Below, one piece after another: positions 1 through 8,862 of a stretch of DNA of 31,410 nt (within the stretch, counting starts at the first letter, position 1; each line of letters opens with the position of its first letter). A program made the translations under genes and the position numbers. This stretch comes from Brevinema sp. (GTDB lineage: Bacteria > Spirochaetota > Brevinematia > Brevinematales > Brevinemataceae): the NCBI GenBank assembly GCA_051647205.1, contig JBOFDR010000091.1, positions 1 through 31,410 of the forward strand, read 5' to 3'. The notes beneath the pieces were generated by a model, which was not told the origin of the DNA, did no database searches, and was given only the letters and a program-made list of their open reading frames with translations.

Positions 1-1704
1 GAAAAAGATATGTTAGATAGTTTTGACGAAAAAAATATCATTGTAGATCATTTTGAAGAATATAATTTTTCTAGTATTGTCGAAGAAATGACTCCTTGGG
101 AGCGTATACTGAGATTATTTTATTCTTTGTTTCGTAAAGAACAATTACTTGAATTTTATCTTCATTGTGGTATTAAACATATTGAGCATAAACTAACAAC
201 AAACGCTTCTTGGTATGATGAAGAGCATAAGGCTTTGGATATTACTTTTGCGGATACTTTATTTCATTTGGTTAGGTCATTAGATGTACTTTCTCCCCTA
301 ATTAAATCAATGATTCTTAATAACCCTCCTCCAACCAATCCCCCTAACAAACAAATTCCAGAAATTATCGAAGTTGTTTTTTATTCAATTTATAAATCTC
401 AATCAATCCAATCGTATCCCTTTTCAGAAATTAAAATGATGAATCTTTTTCAGGGGGTTCCTCCTTCACAGATGCTTCATAAAAAAGATCATTGTGTGCG
501 GGATTATATTGATAGTATTACGGAGCATGATTGGGGTTATATTGATATTAAATATTCTAATTTAATAGGTGTTGCTCGATTGATTGAGTTACCGTTGATG
601 GATTTTTTGAGAAGATTTGCTTTTGATGTGTCGATTCATTCGGCCAGCAAAATATCTTGGGATTTAGTAACAATAAGTGCCGTTGATTCCTACCTTGAAA
701 TGCTTTATAAAGTTGTTGATAGCTTCTCTCTTTCTAGAGACTATGTTGATATTATTAAATCTCTAAATACATCTAATAAATCTCTATTTGATCCTTCGTT
801 TCCATTAACTTCTCAACAAATCAGCTTAGCTTGGGATGAATTAGTTATAGCATTAGAAAAATTCAAAGCAGATGACACATTATACAACCTCCTATGTATC
901 TCAAAAAAACACCCTCTAATCTCAAAAGAAAATCATCCTGTGACTTTTTCATTAAGAGAAAAGTTTTGTTCGACATTAAAAAAGAGAGTTTACAGTACTT
1001 CTGATACAGTTATTAAAAATATTTTCTTAAGAAAAATAGAAGATCTTATGGCATTAATTGTCCTACAAAAACACTATACTTTTATTCCTTTTGGGGTTTA
1101 TAGTATTGATAATCATAAGAGAATTGAAAAAATTAGCTCTGAAAATCTCATGCATGCCTTTGTTTTGACTTCTATTTATGTTTTTGTTTACGATTCTGTT
1201 CAACCATGGCTAAAAAGTTTTCTTGGATTTTTAATGGTTAATGCAGAATTCTCTGATCCTGAAAGTATTACCATTCTTGAGACTTTATATAAAAAAACCA
1301 CAAAATTTATGTTGAAATTTCATTCTTTCTCTCAAGAAGTAGCTACTAAATCACCAGTAAGTAAACGGATGCAACAATTTTTAGATGCTAATAATTCTAA
1401 ATTAACAGATGAGCAAGTCCGAATCTTAAAAATGTTTATTGATTCAATGAATTCTCAGGCAGGTGTCTTGGTCTCACAATTTGAAGATCTTATAGGTGTT
1501 TTAGCACCATTTTTAGGCTCAGTCTCTAATGAATTGCAACAAGAGCATCAAAATTTCATCCCAAATGTACTTGCTATAAAAAAATTAATGAACAGAGGTG
1601 AAATTGTGAGAATTTCTAATTTCTATATTTTCTGCCAGAATGTAGAACGTCTCATCCAGCTGGAAGAGCAGTTAAACATGTTGAAAAAATCTAAAGAGGA
1701 TTAA
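1..1704 (+). CDS. Large alpha-helical hypothetical protein, possibly DUF5312 family; may be 5'-truncated by the window edge
   Basis: 564-aa ORF from ATG at 10, but the frame is open back to position 1 (gaa aaa gat atg). Helical, no TM segment. Its size and character recall spirochete DUF5312 proteins (family assignment is recall only). The stop TAA abuts the hflX ATG. Confidence 0.5.
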   Translation, partial: EKDMLDSFDEKNIIVDHFEEYNFSSIVEEMTPWERILRLFYSLFRKEQLLEFYLHCGIKHIEHKLTTNASWYDEEHKALDITFADTLFHLVRSLDVLSPLIKSMILNNPPPTNPPNKQIPEIIEVVFYSIYKSQSIQSYPFSEIKMMNLFQGVPPSQMLHKKDHCVRDYIDSITEHDWGYIDIKYSNLIGVARLIELPLMDFLRRFAFDVSIHSASKISWDLVTISAVDSYLEMLYKVVDSFSLSRDYVDIIKSLNTSNKSLFDPSFPLTSQQISLAWDELVIALEKFKADDTLYNLLCISKKHPLISKENHPVTFSLREKFCSTLKKRVYSTSDTVIKNIFLRKIEDLMALIVLQKHYTFIPFGVYSIDNHKRIEKISSENLMHAFVLTSIYVFVYDSVQPWLKSFLGFLMVNAEFSDPESITILETLYKKTTKFMLKFHSFSQEVATKSPVSKRMQQFLDANNSKLTDEQVRILKMFIDSMNSQAGVLVSQFEDLIGVLAPFLGSVSNELQQEHQNFIPNVLAIKKLMNRGEIVRISNFYIFCQNVERLIQLEEQLNMLKKSKED

Positions 1705-2829
1705 ATGACTCAAATTCAAGAACTTTATTTTTTAATAGGGATTAAATTACCAAAAGACGATCCTCAAATTATTGAAGATTCTATGAAAGAATTAGAAGGA
1801 TTAGTGGTAACGGCTGGTGGTAGAGTGGTTGGTTCAGTAGTACAAAACAGAGTTTCTATTGATCCAGTCTATTATATAGGACAAGGAAAATTAGACGAAA
1901 TAGATATGCTGTTTGATCGAAAAGAAGGCGAAAAAGGAGCATTGATTTTTAATGCATCTCTTAGCCCTTCACAGATTAGAAATATTGAAGAAAAAAGTGA
2001 ATGCCGTGTTATTACACGAACAGAATTGATTTTGGATATTTTTGCTTTGAGGGCTCAATCTAGAATTGCCAAACTTCAAGTAGAAACAGCTCAATTAAAA
2101 TATCTTTTGCCTAGATTAGTAGGAAAAGGAGCTTCTATGTCCAACACAGGTGCTGGTATTGGCACCAGAGGTCCTGGGGAAACAAAATTAGAAACAGATC
2201 GTCGAAAAATAGATAATAGATTAGTTATTCTAAAACGAGAGCTAAAACATCTTGAAAAATCTTCCAAAGAACGACGAAAATCACGTGATTCTGTCTTTAA
2301 AGTAGCCGTAGCAGGTTATACTAATGTTGGCAAATCATCACTTGCGACGACTCTTGTACAAGATCAATTTCATGCAGAAAATAAGCTTTTTGCGACAGTT
2401 GATACCACCACAAGACGCTTATCACTCGGTGGTATAGAAGCTGTGATCACTGATACAGTAGGATTTATTAGAGATATTCCACATGAATTAATTGAAAGCT
2501 TTAAATCCACTTTTGCAGAGACAATACATGCTGATTTGGTACTTCATGTAATAGATCTTTCTTCGCCATTTTATTTGAATAATATGGCGACAGCACAAGA
2601 CTTATTTGCAGAACTTTCTGTAACATCATCTATAATTTTGGTTTTTAATAAGATTGATCTTGTTGATCCTGAAATTTTATTACAAGCCAAAATTGATTAT
2701 CCAGATGCTTATTTTGTTTCTGTAAAAGCAAAAAAGGGACTTGATGAGCTTCGAACAATGCTCAAACAACAATCAATCGAATTTCTTAAACAACAGAATA
2801 GAGCTATCCCAGAGTGGATGAGCTACTAA
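1705..2829 (+). CDS. hflX: Ribosome-splitting GTPase HflX
   Basis: HflX N-terminal motifs (IGQGKLDEI, LSPSQIRNIE, LILDIFALRA, GPGETKLETDRR) and G-domain motifs GYTNVGKSS, FATVDTTTRR, DTVGFI, NKID. SD-like gagga lies upstream inside the previous gene. Confidence 0.97.
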   Translation: MTQIQELYFLIGIKLPKDDPQIIEDSMKELEGLVVTAGGRVVGSVVQNRVSIDPVYYIGQGKLDEIDMLFDRKEGEKGALIFNASLSPSQIRNIEEKSECRVITRTELILDIFALRAQSRIAKLQVETAQLKYLLPRLVGKGASMSNTGAGIGTRGPGETKLETDRRKIDNRLVILKRELKHLEKSSKERRKSRDSVFKVAVAGYTNVGKSSLATTLVQDQFHAENKLFATVDTTTRRLSLGGIEAVITDTVGFIRDIPHELIESFKSTFAETIHADLVLHVIDLSSPFYLNNMATAQDLFAELSVTSSIILVFNKIDLVDPEILLQAKIDYPDAYFVSVKAKKGLDELRTMLKQQSIEFLKQQNRAIPEWMSY

Positions 2830-3281
2830 TAGGGATACTCGGACTTGATGAAATCATTGATTTGATGTGCAACTTCTTTGTTTTTATTTTTTGGTGCACT
2901 TTCAATAAGACGTAATAGTGTTTTATTCATCGTGATACTAGCACACTTGGACATATTGATAATATACTCGTTTTCTGAGGAACATGGAGCTAAGATGCAA
3001 AAAATAATCTTTACTGTTTTTAGCCTATGATATTTGATGGGATTTTTTAGAGTGATCAAAAAAGTAGTGAGATTGGATATTTCTTCGTTCCTTGTATGAG
3101 GAAACGCCATATTATAAGTAAGTAAGGTGGAGCTTTGAGCCTCCCTTTTTTTTAAACCATTGATGATAAGTTTTTTATAAGGAGCTATGTGGGATGTAAC
3201 AGCCTTAGTTGCAATAAAATCAAATAGTTCTTGTTTGTTTTTAAATGACATATTCAGGAATATGTGTGATGCTCTAAACAT
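2826..3281 (-). CDS. PTS EIIA component (PtsN/fructose-mannitol EIIA family)
   Basis: KKREAQSST...MAFPHTR with the conserved phospho-His, N-terminal NKQELFDFIA, 151 aa. Overlaps the hflX stop convergently by 4 nt. Confidence 0.85.
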   Translation of the reverse strand: MFRASHIFLNMSFKNKQELFDFIATKAVTSHIAPYKKLIINGLKKREAQSSTLLTYNMAFPHTRNEEISNLTTFLITLKNPIKYHRLKTVKIIFCILAPCSSENEYIINMSKCASITMNKTLLRLIESAPKNKNKEVAHQINDFIKSEYPY

Positions 3282-3310
3282 ATTTTTTCTCTCTGTTAAA
3301 TAGGTTTTAT

Positions 3311-3339
3311 ATTATAAAGTCTTTTAAAAGAATAATCAA
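3311..3339 (-). promoter_or_regulatory. Putative sigma70 promoter for the EIIA gene
   Basis: Minus strand TTGATT (3339-3334), N17, TATAAT (3316-3311), about 30 nt upstream of the ATG. AT-rich context lowers specificity. Confidence 0.5.
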
Positions 3340-3364
3340 TTATCAAAAGATTTTTTTATTTGCT

Positions 3365-3392
3365 TAAGATTTGCTACTTGGTAATCCGATAT
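3365..3392 (+). promoter_or_regulatory. Possible sigma28 (FliA/SigD-type) promoter for the TPR gene
   Basis: TAAG (3365-3368), N16, TCCGATAT (3385-3392), versus consensus TAAA-N15/16-GCCGATAA/T. Lies 57 nt upstream of the ATG at 3450. Confidence 0.4.
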
Positions 3393-3449
3393 CAAAAATA
3401 GAATTATTCTGATTGAGATGTGATTTTACATATTAATCAAGGAGATTTT

Positions 3450-4928
3450 ATGAAAAAAATCTTGAAAAAAATCTGTGTCTTATGTTTGATTCCGATATAT
3501 GCTCATACTATGTCTTTAGATAAGGCAACTTTTCAGGTGGGACAACGATTTTTAAACCAAAAACTATTTTCTGAAGCAGAGATGCGTTTTTTAGATATTG
3601 TAAGAAAATATCCTGACTCTTCGTACTATCGTCAATCTCTATTTTATTTAGGTCAAACGTATGCCCATCAAGGAAAATATGAATCAGCCCTTCAGTACTA
3701 CAAAATTTTAATGAACAAATCACGTACCACCAAAGAGCGTCAATTAGCCTTACTTGGTATAGCAAAAAGCTGGCTCCAGATGGGTGTCCATGATAAAGCT
3801 GCTCAGTTTTATTCTTTTTTTGCGTCTGAATATCCAGAATCAGAACATGCGCCTGTTTCTCTTTATTTTGCTGGAATTTCACGTGAACGTGAAGGAAATA
3901 ACAAAGCTGCTGTTGAAAAATTTCGTGCTTTAATAAGTCAGTACCCAGAAACAGACTATTACGCTAAATCAATCGAAAAATTAGCAGTCCTTGAAAGTCA
4001 GACTCCTGAAGAATTATTTCTTGCTTCTTCTGCAAATAAAAAATCTTCGTCGTATCAACGTTCTGTTTCTGATATTCAGTTATTTGCGGATGATGACTTC
4101 AATCTTGATGAAGTGCCTAACTTTAATAATACAGATTTTCGTGGACAAGCTATTAATCTTGGAACGCCTGCACCACTTGTACTTACTCCAAGTATTGTTA
4201 CACAAACCATTCTTCAACCATCTCAGCCTACTGTTGTCACCCAACAGGTCTTTCAAACTCTTACACAGTTTGTTGAAAAGCCACCTGTTTATATTGCAGG
4301 AACTAATGCTCAATTAACTACTCCTTCTAATGTTGTCCCTGAAATTATTACTCCTGAAATTTCAACAGAACTTAATAATTTACAAAACAGTTCTGTGGTA
4401 CAACTTTCTAACAATCAGTTTACACCTTTAGAAACAACTGCACAACAAATACACAAGGCAGAATTAGAAGCTTATAAGAAAAAATGGGAAGCGGAATTTA
4501 AAGCAAAGTTAAAAAATGCAGAACTCCAAGAAGCAGAACAATCTGTTAAAGATCTTCTTCAATTAACCCAAAGTAAGGCTGATGTTTTATCAGTCAAAGA
4601 AGCAGATTTACTTGAGAAACAGAATCAACTAAAAGGTAATATTTATCGAGATTTAAAAAACGTAAATCCTGATTTTGCTGTAGCACCTCAATTTAACAAT
4701 CCTCCTTCATTTACAGGACAAAAAAAATCAGCTCCTTCTCCTGCTCCAGAGACTAATATTTCCCCTGTAATTACATCACCACCAATGCCTGCTCCAGAAT
4801 CTAATCCAGATCCTGTTTTGGAAGAAGAAGCTGATGCATATGAAGAAATTTCTAATGAAGATGATGAATACACAGAAGATTTTGATGAAGATCTCATAAG
4901 CTATGATGAGATAGAAGATGGAGAATAG
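3450..4928 (+). CDS. Exported TPR protein (BamD/CpoB-like TPR block, Pro/Thr/Gln-rich linker, coiled coil, acidic tail)
   Basis: SD aaggag precedes ATG 3450. Signal peptide MKKILKKICVLCLIPIYAH. About four TPRs with BamD/CpoB-style motifs (KYPDSSY, EYPESEHAP, QYPETDYY), then low-complexity and Asp/Glu-rich segments. Confidence 0.75.
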   Translation: MKKILKKICVLCLIPIYAHTMSLDKATFQVGQRFLNQKLFSEAEMRFLDIVRKYPDSSYYRQSLFYLGQTYAHQGKYESALQYYKILMNKSRTTKERQLALLGIAKSWLQMGVHDKAAQFYSFFASEYPESEHAPVSLYFAGISREREGNNKAAVEKFRALISQYPETDYYAKSIEKLAVLESQTPEELFLASSANKKSSSYQRSVSDIQLFADDDFNLDEVPNFNNTDFRGQAINLGTPAPLVLTPSIVTQTILQPSQPTVVTQQVFQTLTQFVEKPPVYIAGTNAQLTTPSNVVPEIITPEISTELNNLQNSSVVQLSNNQFTPLETTAQQIHKAELEAYKKKWEAEFKAKLKNAELQEAEQSVKDLLQLTQSKADVLSVKEADLLEKQNQLKGNIYRDLKNVNPDFAVAPQFNNPPSFTGQKKSAPSPAPETNISPVITSPPMPAPESNPDPVLEEEADAYEEISNEDDEYTEDFDEDLISYDEIEDGE

Positions 4929-4969
4929 ATACCCTCTATGCTAAATATTTGCTTTATAAGGAAATAATA

Positions 4970-6160
4970 ATGAAAAATCTTAAATTATATTGTATACTCG
5001 TCTTTGTTTTCGGCGTACTGTTTTCTGTCCACTCACAAGATATCCCTAAATTGTCTTTTTCTGCAGGCGATCTATTGTTTACTGTAGATCAAATTAGTGG
5101 ACGGTTTGGTTTGCGAAACATTAAAGAAAATGATTTTAATCTTAGTTCATTATTATTTGATCCTGGGTTTCCTACTTCTTATATTGAGATTTGTATTAAT
5201 GGGAATCCTTATCGATTAGAAGAATTGAAATCTGTTTATCCTTTAGGAATTGCTGCTGGTTATCAGATTGACGCTATTTATCAATGGGAGAATGATATTC
5301 AGATAGAGATTGGATACTTTACTATTGATGTAAAAACTAATCTTGATGCTATTGGTATTGCTGTTCGCATTACCAATATCTCAGATCGGGATCAACATAC
5401 TGTTTCTGTGAAATTATTATTAGACACTGATATTAGTGAGATTGATAATAAATCTTTGGTTTATCTCCAAAATGGTGAACATATTACTGAAGGAAGAATC
5501 TTTACAAATCCAACAATCCCTAATTATTTATTTTTTGGTAAAAAATCACAGTTTACCGAAAAAATAGAAGGAGCGGGATTATATCTGTATCCCACGATTT
5601 CTACTAATATTCCAAGAATGCTTGCTATTGGTAATTGGAAATATCTTTTAGATGCGGGCTCTTTTCCAAATAAAATCAATCCTTCTTTAAAATATCAAAA
5701 TAGTGATTCAATAGACATAGGTGTAGGGGTGTATTTTGATAAAAAAATACTTAAAGCTTCTGATTATTATGATGTTGCTTCTGCCATTTCTTTGAATAAA
5801 AATCAAACAGATTTTATTCTTGATCAAAAAATGATTGATAAAGGGGTATTTGCTCCAGAACGCTTTGAGATTGAAGAAATCTTACAACATCTTCCTACCA
5901 ATCATACAGCCAGGGTAGAGATTCGTTCTACACCTAGGTCTAAATCAATAATGAATACTTATGAGATCGCTAGACAAAATTATCGTCAGAAAAAACTACA
6001 AGTAGATACTACAGAGCTAGAAGCAGATTCTGTAAAAGCTTACGATTATTTAGGTAATTTATTACGAAATGATACTATCTGGAAGTACCTGTTTCAATTG
6101 AACTTCAAAATGGAAAATATTGAAGAAAAAATCAATAAAGTAATTAAAAGAGAAGATTAA
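4970..6160 (+). CDS. Exported hypothetical protein, beta-rich N-terminal domain and helical C-terminus
   Basis: SD aagga precedes ATG 4970. Signal peptide MKNLKLYCILVFVFGVLFSVHS. No recognised family. Probably co-transcribed with the TPR gene (41-nt gap). Confidence 0.65.
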   Translation: MKNLKLYCILVFVFGVLFSVHSQDIPKLSFSAGDLLFTVDQISGRFGLRNIKENDFNLSSLLFDPGFPTSYIEICINGNPYRLEELKSVYPLGIAAGYQIDAIYQWENDIQIEIGYFTIDVKTNLDAIGIAVRITNISDRDQHTVSVKLLLDTDISEIDNKSLVYLQNGEHITEGRIFTNPTIPNYLFFGKKSQFTEKIEGAGLYLYPTISTNIPRMLAIGNWKYLLDAGSFPNKINPSLKYQNSDSIDIGVGVYFDKKILKASDYYDVASAISLNKNQTDFILDQKMIDKGVFAPERFEIEEILQHLPTNHTARVEIRSTPRSKSIMNTYEIARQNYRQKKLQVDTTELEADSVKAYDYLGNLLRNDTIWKYLFQLNFKMENIEEKINKVIKRED

Positions 6161-6188
6161 TCTTTTCTAATGATAAAACCATATAATT

Positions 6189-6223
6189 AAGTGAGAGAAT
6201 TCATTATTCTCTTATTTTTTTTT
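6189..6223 (+). terminator. Probable intrinsic terminator
   Basis: aagtgagagaat-tcatt-attctcttattt stem (with G.U pairs) followed by a T run, 29 nt after the stop at 6160. Confidence 0.55.
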
Positions 6224-6315
6224 ATTTAAAACCGATAAAATTAATGAATTCTCTTATCTTGAGGAATTTTATTGAATTAATAATAAGATTTTTTATCGAA
6301 TCAAGGAATATTCAT

Positions 6316-8376
6316 ATGTCACAATGTATTTTTGATGCGATCTCTTTGCTAGAAGAAAAATTATCATCGGAACACCTAAATATTCACGAAACAAAAGAAA
6401 TGCTTGCTGATATTGTCAAAAAAAGTAGAGCCAACACTAAATTACGTATTATCACACAGTTTTTGGTGATCTTACATGCACTTACTGATGAATATGAATA
6501 TGAAAATACTGATCAGATTAGTTTTATCAAGGAACTTGTTAATAAGTCTCTTTCTTTGATTAGAGGTATGTCTGAGGGGACAATCAACTATACACAAGGC
6601 GTTTATTTAATAGAGCAAAAAATTGTCGAGATCTCTTCTTTTTTTAAACGAAAAATTGGTACTGATACTTTTCTTAGTAACTCTATTTTATCAGAACAAC
6701 TAGCAGTAGAATTGAAAACAGAAATGGCCAATATAAAAATAATTATTGATCAGCTTAATGAAGAAAAAAAGGATATTGATACTCAGTTTAAAGAAATAGT
6801 TTATCATTTAAAACGTTTGATTACTTTTGTTGATCTGATAGGGGTAACAGTTTTCTGTGATGAACTTCATAAAATAAAAGATTTTATTATAGATCAATAT
6901 AACAAAAATCAATTACCCCTCCTCAAAGAGAATAAACTTTTTCAAGAAGTACTATTTTATTTTTATGAAGTTGGTTTAAAAATTTCAGCTATTTATCATA
7001 GTACTAAAGAATTAACCTCCTATATCAATAGTATCAATAGTAGTCATTTTCCTAATATTTTAGAGGACTATACCACTCAAATGAATAAAGAAAATTCTTT
7101 TTCTAATACTTCAGAAGAAGGGTCTAAAAATAATCTCCGGTTTTCAAGAAATCAACATATGGATGATTATACTTCTTTATTAAGTAGTGATGAGATTAAT
7201 GCTTTAATGAATAATGATGATCCTTTTCCCAGCATTGATTTTGATCAAGTGCCACATTCTTCTGATACTAAAGAAGAAGCTGTTCCTTTTGATCTTTCTT
7301 TAGAAACAGCAAATGATATTTTTCATCAACAACAAAATCTATACATTCCTTCTACTTCTATAAAAATTGATCATATTAAAGATGAAGACAAATTAATTCA
7401 ATTAACAGGAAAATTATTTTTGAAGCAAGAGCAGATTAAATATCTTATTTCTAAGGATAATCAGATGATGTTGGCTGATTTGACAGAGCTGGATCAATTA
7501 ACAGATGATATTAAGCAGGTTCTTTTTCAACATTACTATATTTCGTTTAAAAATCTTCTCGGTGAAGAATTACGTACATTTATTAAAACAGAAGCAACAA
7601 ATTTAGGGAAAAAACTAAGATTAGGAATCAAAGGGGAAGACGTCGAGATTTTATCTCGAGAGCAGGATTTTGTGAAAAAAATAGTCTTTGATATTGTTGG
7701 TTATTCTTTGCAGCGTAGTATTGAGGTGATTTCTCGGAGAAAAGCTCTTGATAAAAATGAATCTGCTTCTTTATTGATTGAGTTTGATGATAGTGGGGAT
7801 ACCTTGTCAATTTATATTCGGGATGATGGGCGAGGAATCTCAGATGATGCTACAGTTTTAACTGATATTCAATCAAAAGTTATTGAAAAACAAGGTTTAA
7901 TGGATATTGAGACAGAAGAAAATGAATATCTTAAAATACGAATTCATTTACCAATGAAAAAAATAATTACTAAATCTCTTGTTGTACAAATTAAAGATAC
8001 CAAATTTCTTTTTCCTAGCAAATCTATTCTTCAAATCCTCACCCCTAGTGAGGCCGCTATTATCTTAAAAACAGATCATTGTTTAGGGCAAATTGCTTTA
8101 ACTACCTTAACAGGAATGGATCGGTCTATCGTTAATGCTTATTTGTTCTGTCTTTTTGGAAATGAAAAAATATTACTTGGTGTAGAGAATATATTATATT
8201 ATACAGAAGCACTTATGGAAAAAGTTAATGTTCCTTTGATTCCATGTACCAGTAGTGTAGTTGTTTTAAAAGATGGTACAATTGGTTTTGTAATCGATGA
8301 ACGAAAGATCTACAGTGAAAGTAAAAAACTCATTGAAAAACGTACAGAAATATTTCTAGAAAATATGATTATTTAA
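6316..8376 (+). CDS. CheA-like protein with degenerate Hpt and kinase motifs (predicted pseudokinase)
   Basis: SD aagga precedes ATG 6316 (in frame with track ORF 6244). Contains a P3-like SIKIDHIKDEDKLIQLTGKL, a P4-like NLGKKLRLGIKGEDVEI, G1 box IRDDGRGI, the RIHLPM junction and a C-terminal CheW-like P5 ending GTIGFVID. N-box, ATP lid and G2 box are degenerate or absent. Confidence 0.85.
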   Translation: MSQCIFDAISLLEEKLSSEHLNIHETKEMLADIVKKSRANTKLRIITQFLVILHALTDEYEYENTDQISFIKELVNKSLSLIRGMSEGTINYTQGVYLIEQKIVEISSFFKRKIGTDTFLSNSILSEQLAVELKTEMANIKIIIDQLNEEKKDIDTQFKEIVYHLKRLITFVDLIGVTVFCDELHKIKDFIIDQYNKNQLPLLKENKLFQEVLFYFYEVGLKISAIYHSTKELTSYINSINSSHFPNILEDYTTQMNKENSFSNTSEEGSKNNLRFSRNQHMDDYTSLLSSDEINALMNNDDPFPSIDFDQVPHSSDTKEEAVPFDLSLETANDIFHQQQNLYIPSTSIKIDHIKDEDKLIQLTGKLFLKQEQIKYLISKDNQMMLADLTELDQLTDDIKQVLFQHYYISFKNLLGEELRTFIKTEATNLGKKLRLGIKGEDVEILSREQDFVKKIVFDIVGYSLQRSIEVISRRKALDKNESASLLIEFDDSGDTLSIYIRDDGRGISDDATVLTDIQSKVIEKQGLMDIETEENEYLKIRIHLPMKKIITKSLVVQIKDTKFLFPSKSILQILTPSEAAIILKTDHCLGQIALTTLTGMDRSIVNAYLFCLFGNEKILLGVENILYYTEALMEKVNVPLIPCTSSVVVLKDGTIGFVIDERKIYSESKKLIEKRTEIFLENMII

Positions 8377-8384
8377 GAGGTACT

Positions 8385-8837
8385 ATGCCAGTAGTAATAC
8401 CGTTTATGGTAGGTGAAGGTTGGTTTGGACTAACATTAGATTTTGTTAAGGGAATTGAATCCACAGGTTCTATATCTCTTATACCTAATTCTCAAAAGCC
8501 TCTTGTAGGTTTGATGCATAAGAACAATAAGATTATCCCTGTTTGGTCTATAACTCCAGCTATTTTAGACCGCCAAAGTGAAATACAGCATCGTCGCTAT
8601 TACATAGATTTATTGATAGATAATCAACAAATCGCAATACCTGTTGATGTAGTAAAAACTGTGACTGAAGTAGCTGAGGGATGGATTCCTTCCGAAATTG
8701 CTGGACTGACGATTTATCGTTCTTTGGGCAAGAATCCTTCTTTAGAAACACAGAAACTTGTTAAAGAAATAAAAATCCCAGAGTCTAAGTTTTACAAAGA
8801 CACAGAATTGTCCTCTTTTTCATTAGAAGACATATAA
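8385..8837 (+). CDS. Divergent CheW-like protein
   Basis: 8 nt after the cheA-like gene, SD gagg. FMVGEGWFGLTLDFVKGI, LIPNSQKPLVGLM, IIPVWSI and IAIPVDVV match the CheW fold pattern. The canonical NLRG is replaced by HKNN. Confidence 0.85.
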   Translation: MPVVIPFMVGEGWFGLTLDFVKGIESTGSISLIPNSQKPLVGLMHKNNKIIPVWSITPAILDRQSEIQHRRYYIDLLIDNQQIAIPVDVVKTVTEVAEGWIPSEIAGLTIYRSLGKNPSLETQKLVKEIKIPESKFYKDTELSSFSLEDI

Positions 8838-8862
8838 AAATCCCCATATTGGGGATTTTTAT
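8834..8862. terminator. Bidirectional intrinsic terminator
   Basis: Perfect inverted repeat ataaaaatcccca-tat-tggggatttttat between convergent genes, with A/T tracts on both sides. Confidence 0.85.

Noticed and set aside
3508-4897. Track ORFs 3508-3882(-), 3991-4317(+), 4080-4313(-), 4688-4897(-)
   Set aside because: Shadow or alternate frames of the TPR gene, with no motifs or SD.
6316-8376. Calling the cheA-like gene a pseudogene
   Set aside because: The full-length frame has no stops or frameshifts, SD and operon structure are intact, and losses focus on catalytic motifs while the domain scaffold persists.
7628-8751. Track ORFs 7628-7810(-) and 8560-8751(+)
   Set aside because: Short, nested in the cheA-like and cheW-like genes, no supporting signals.
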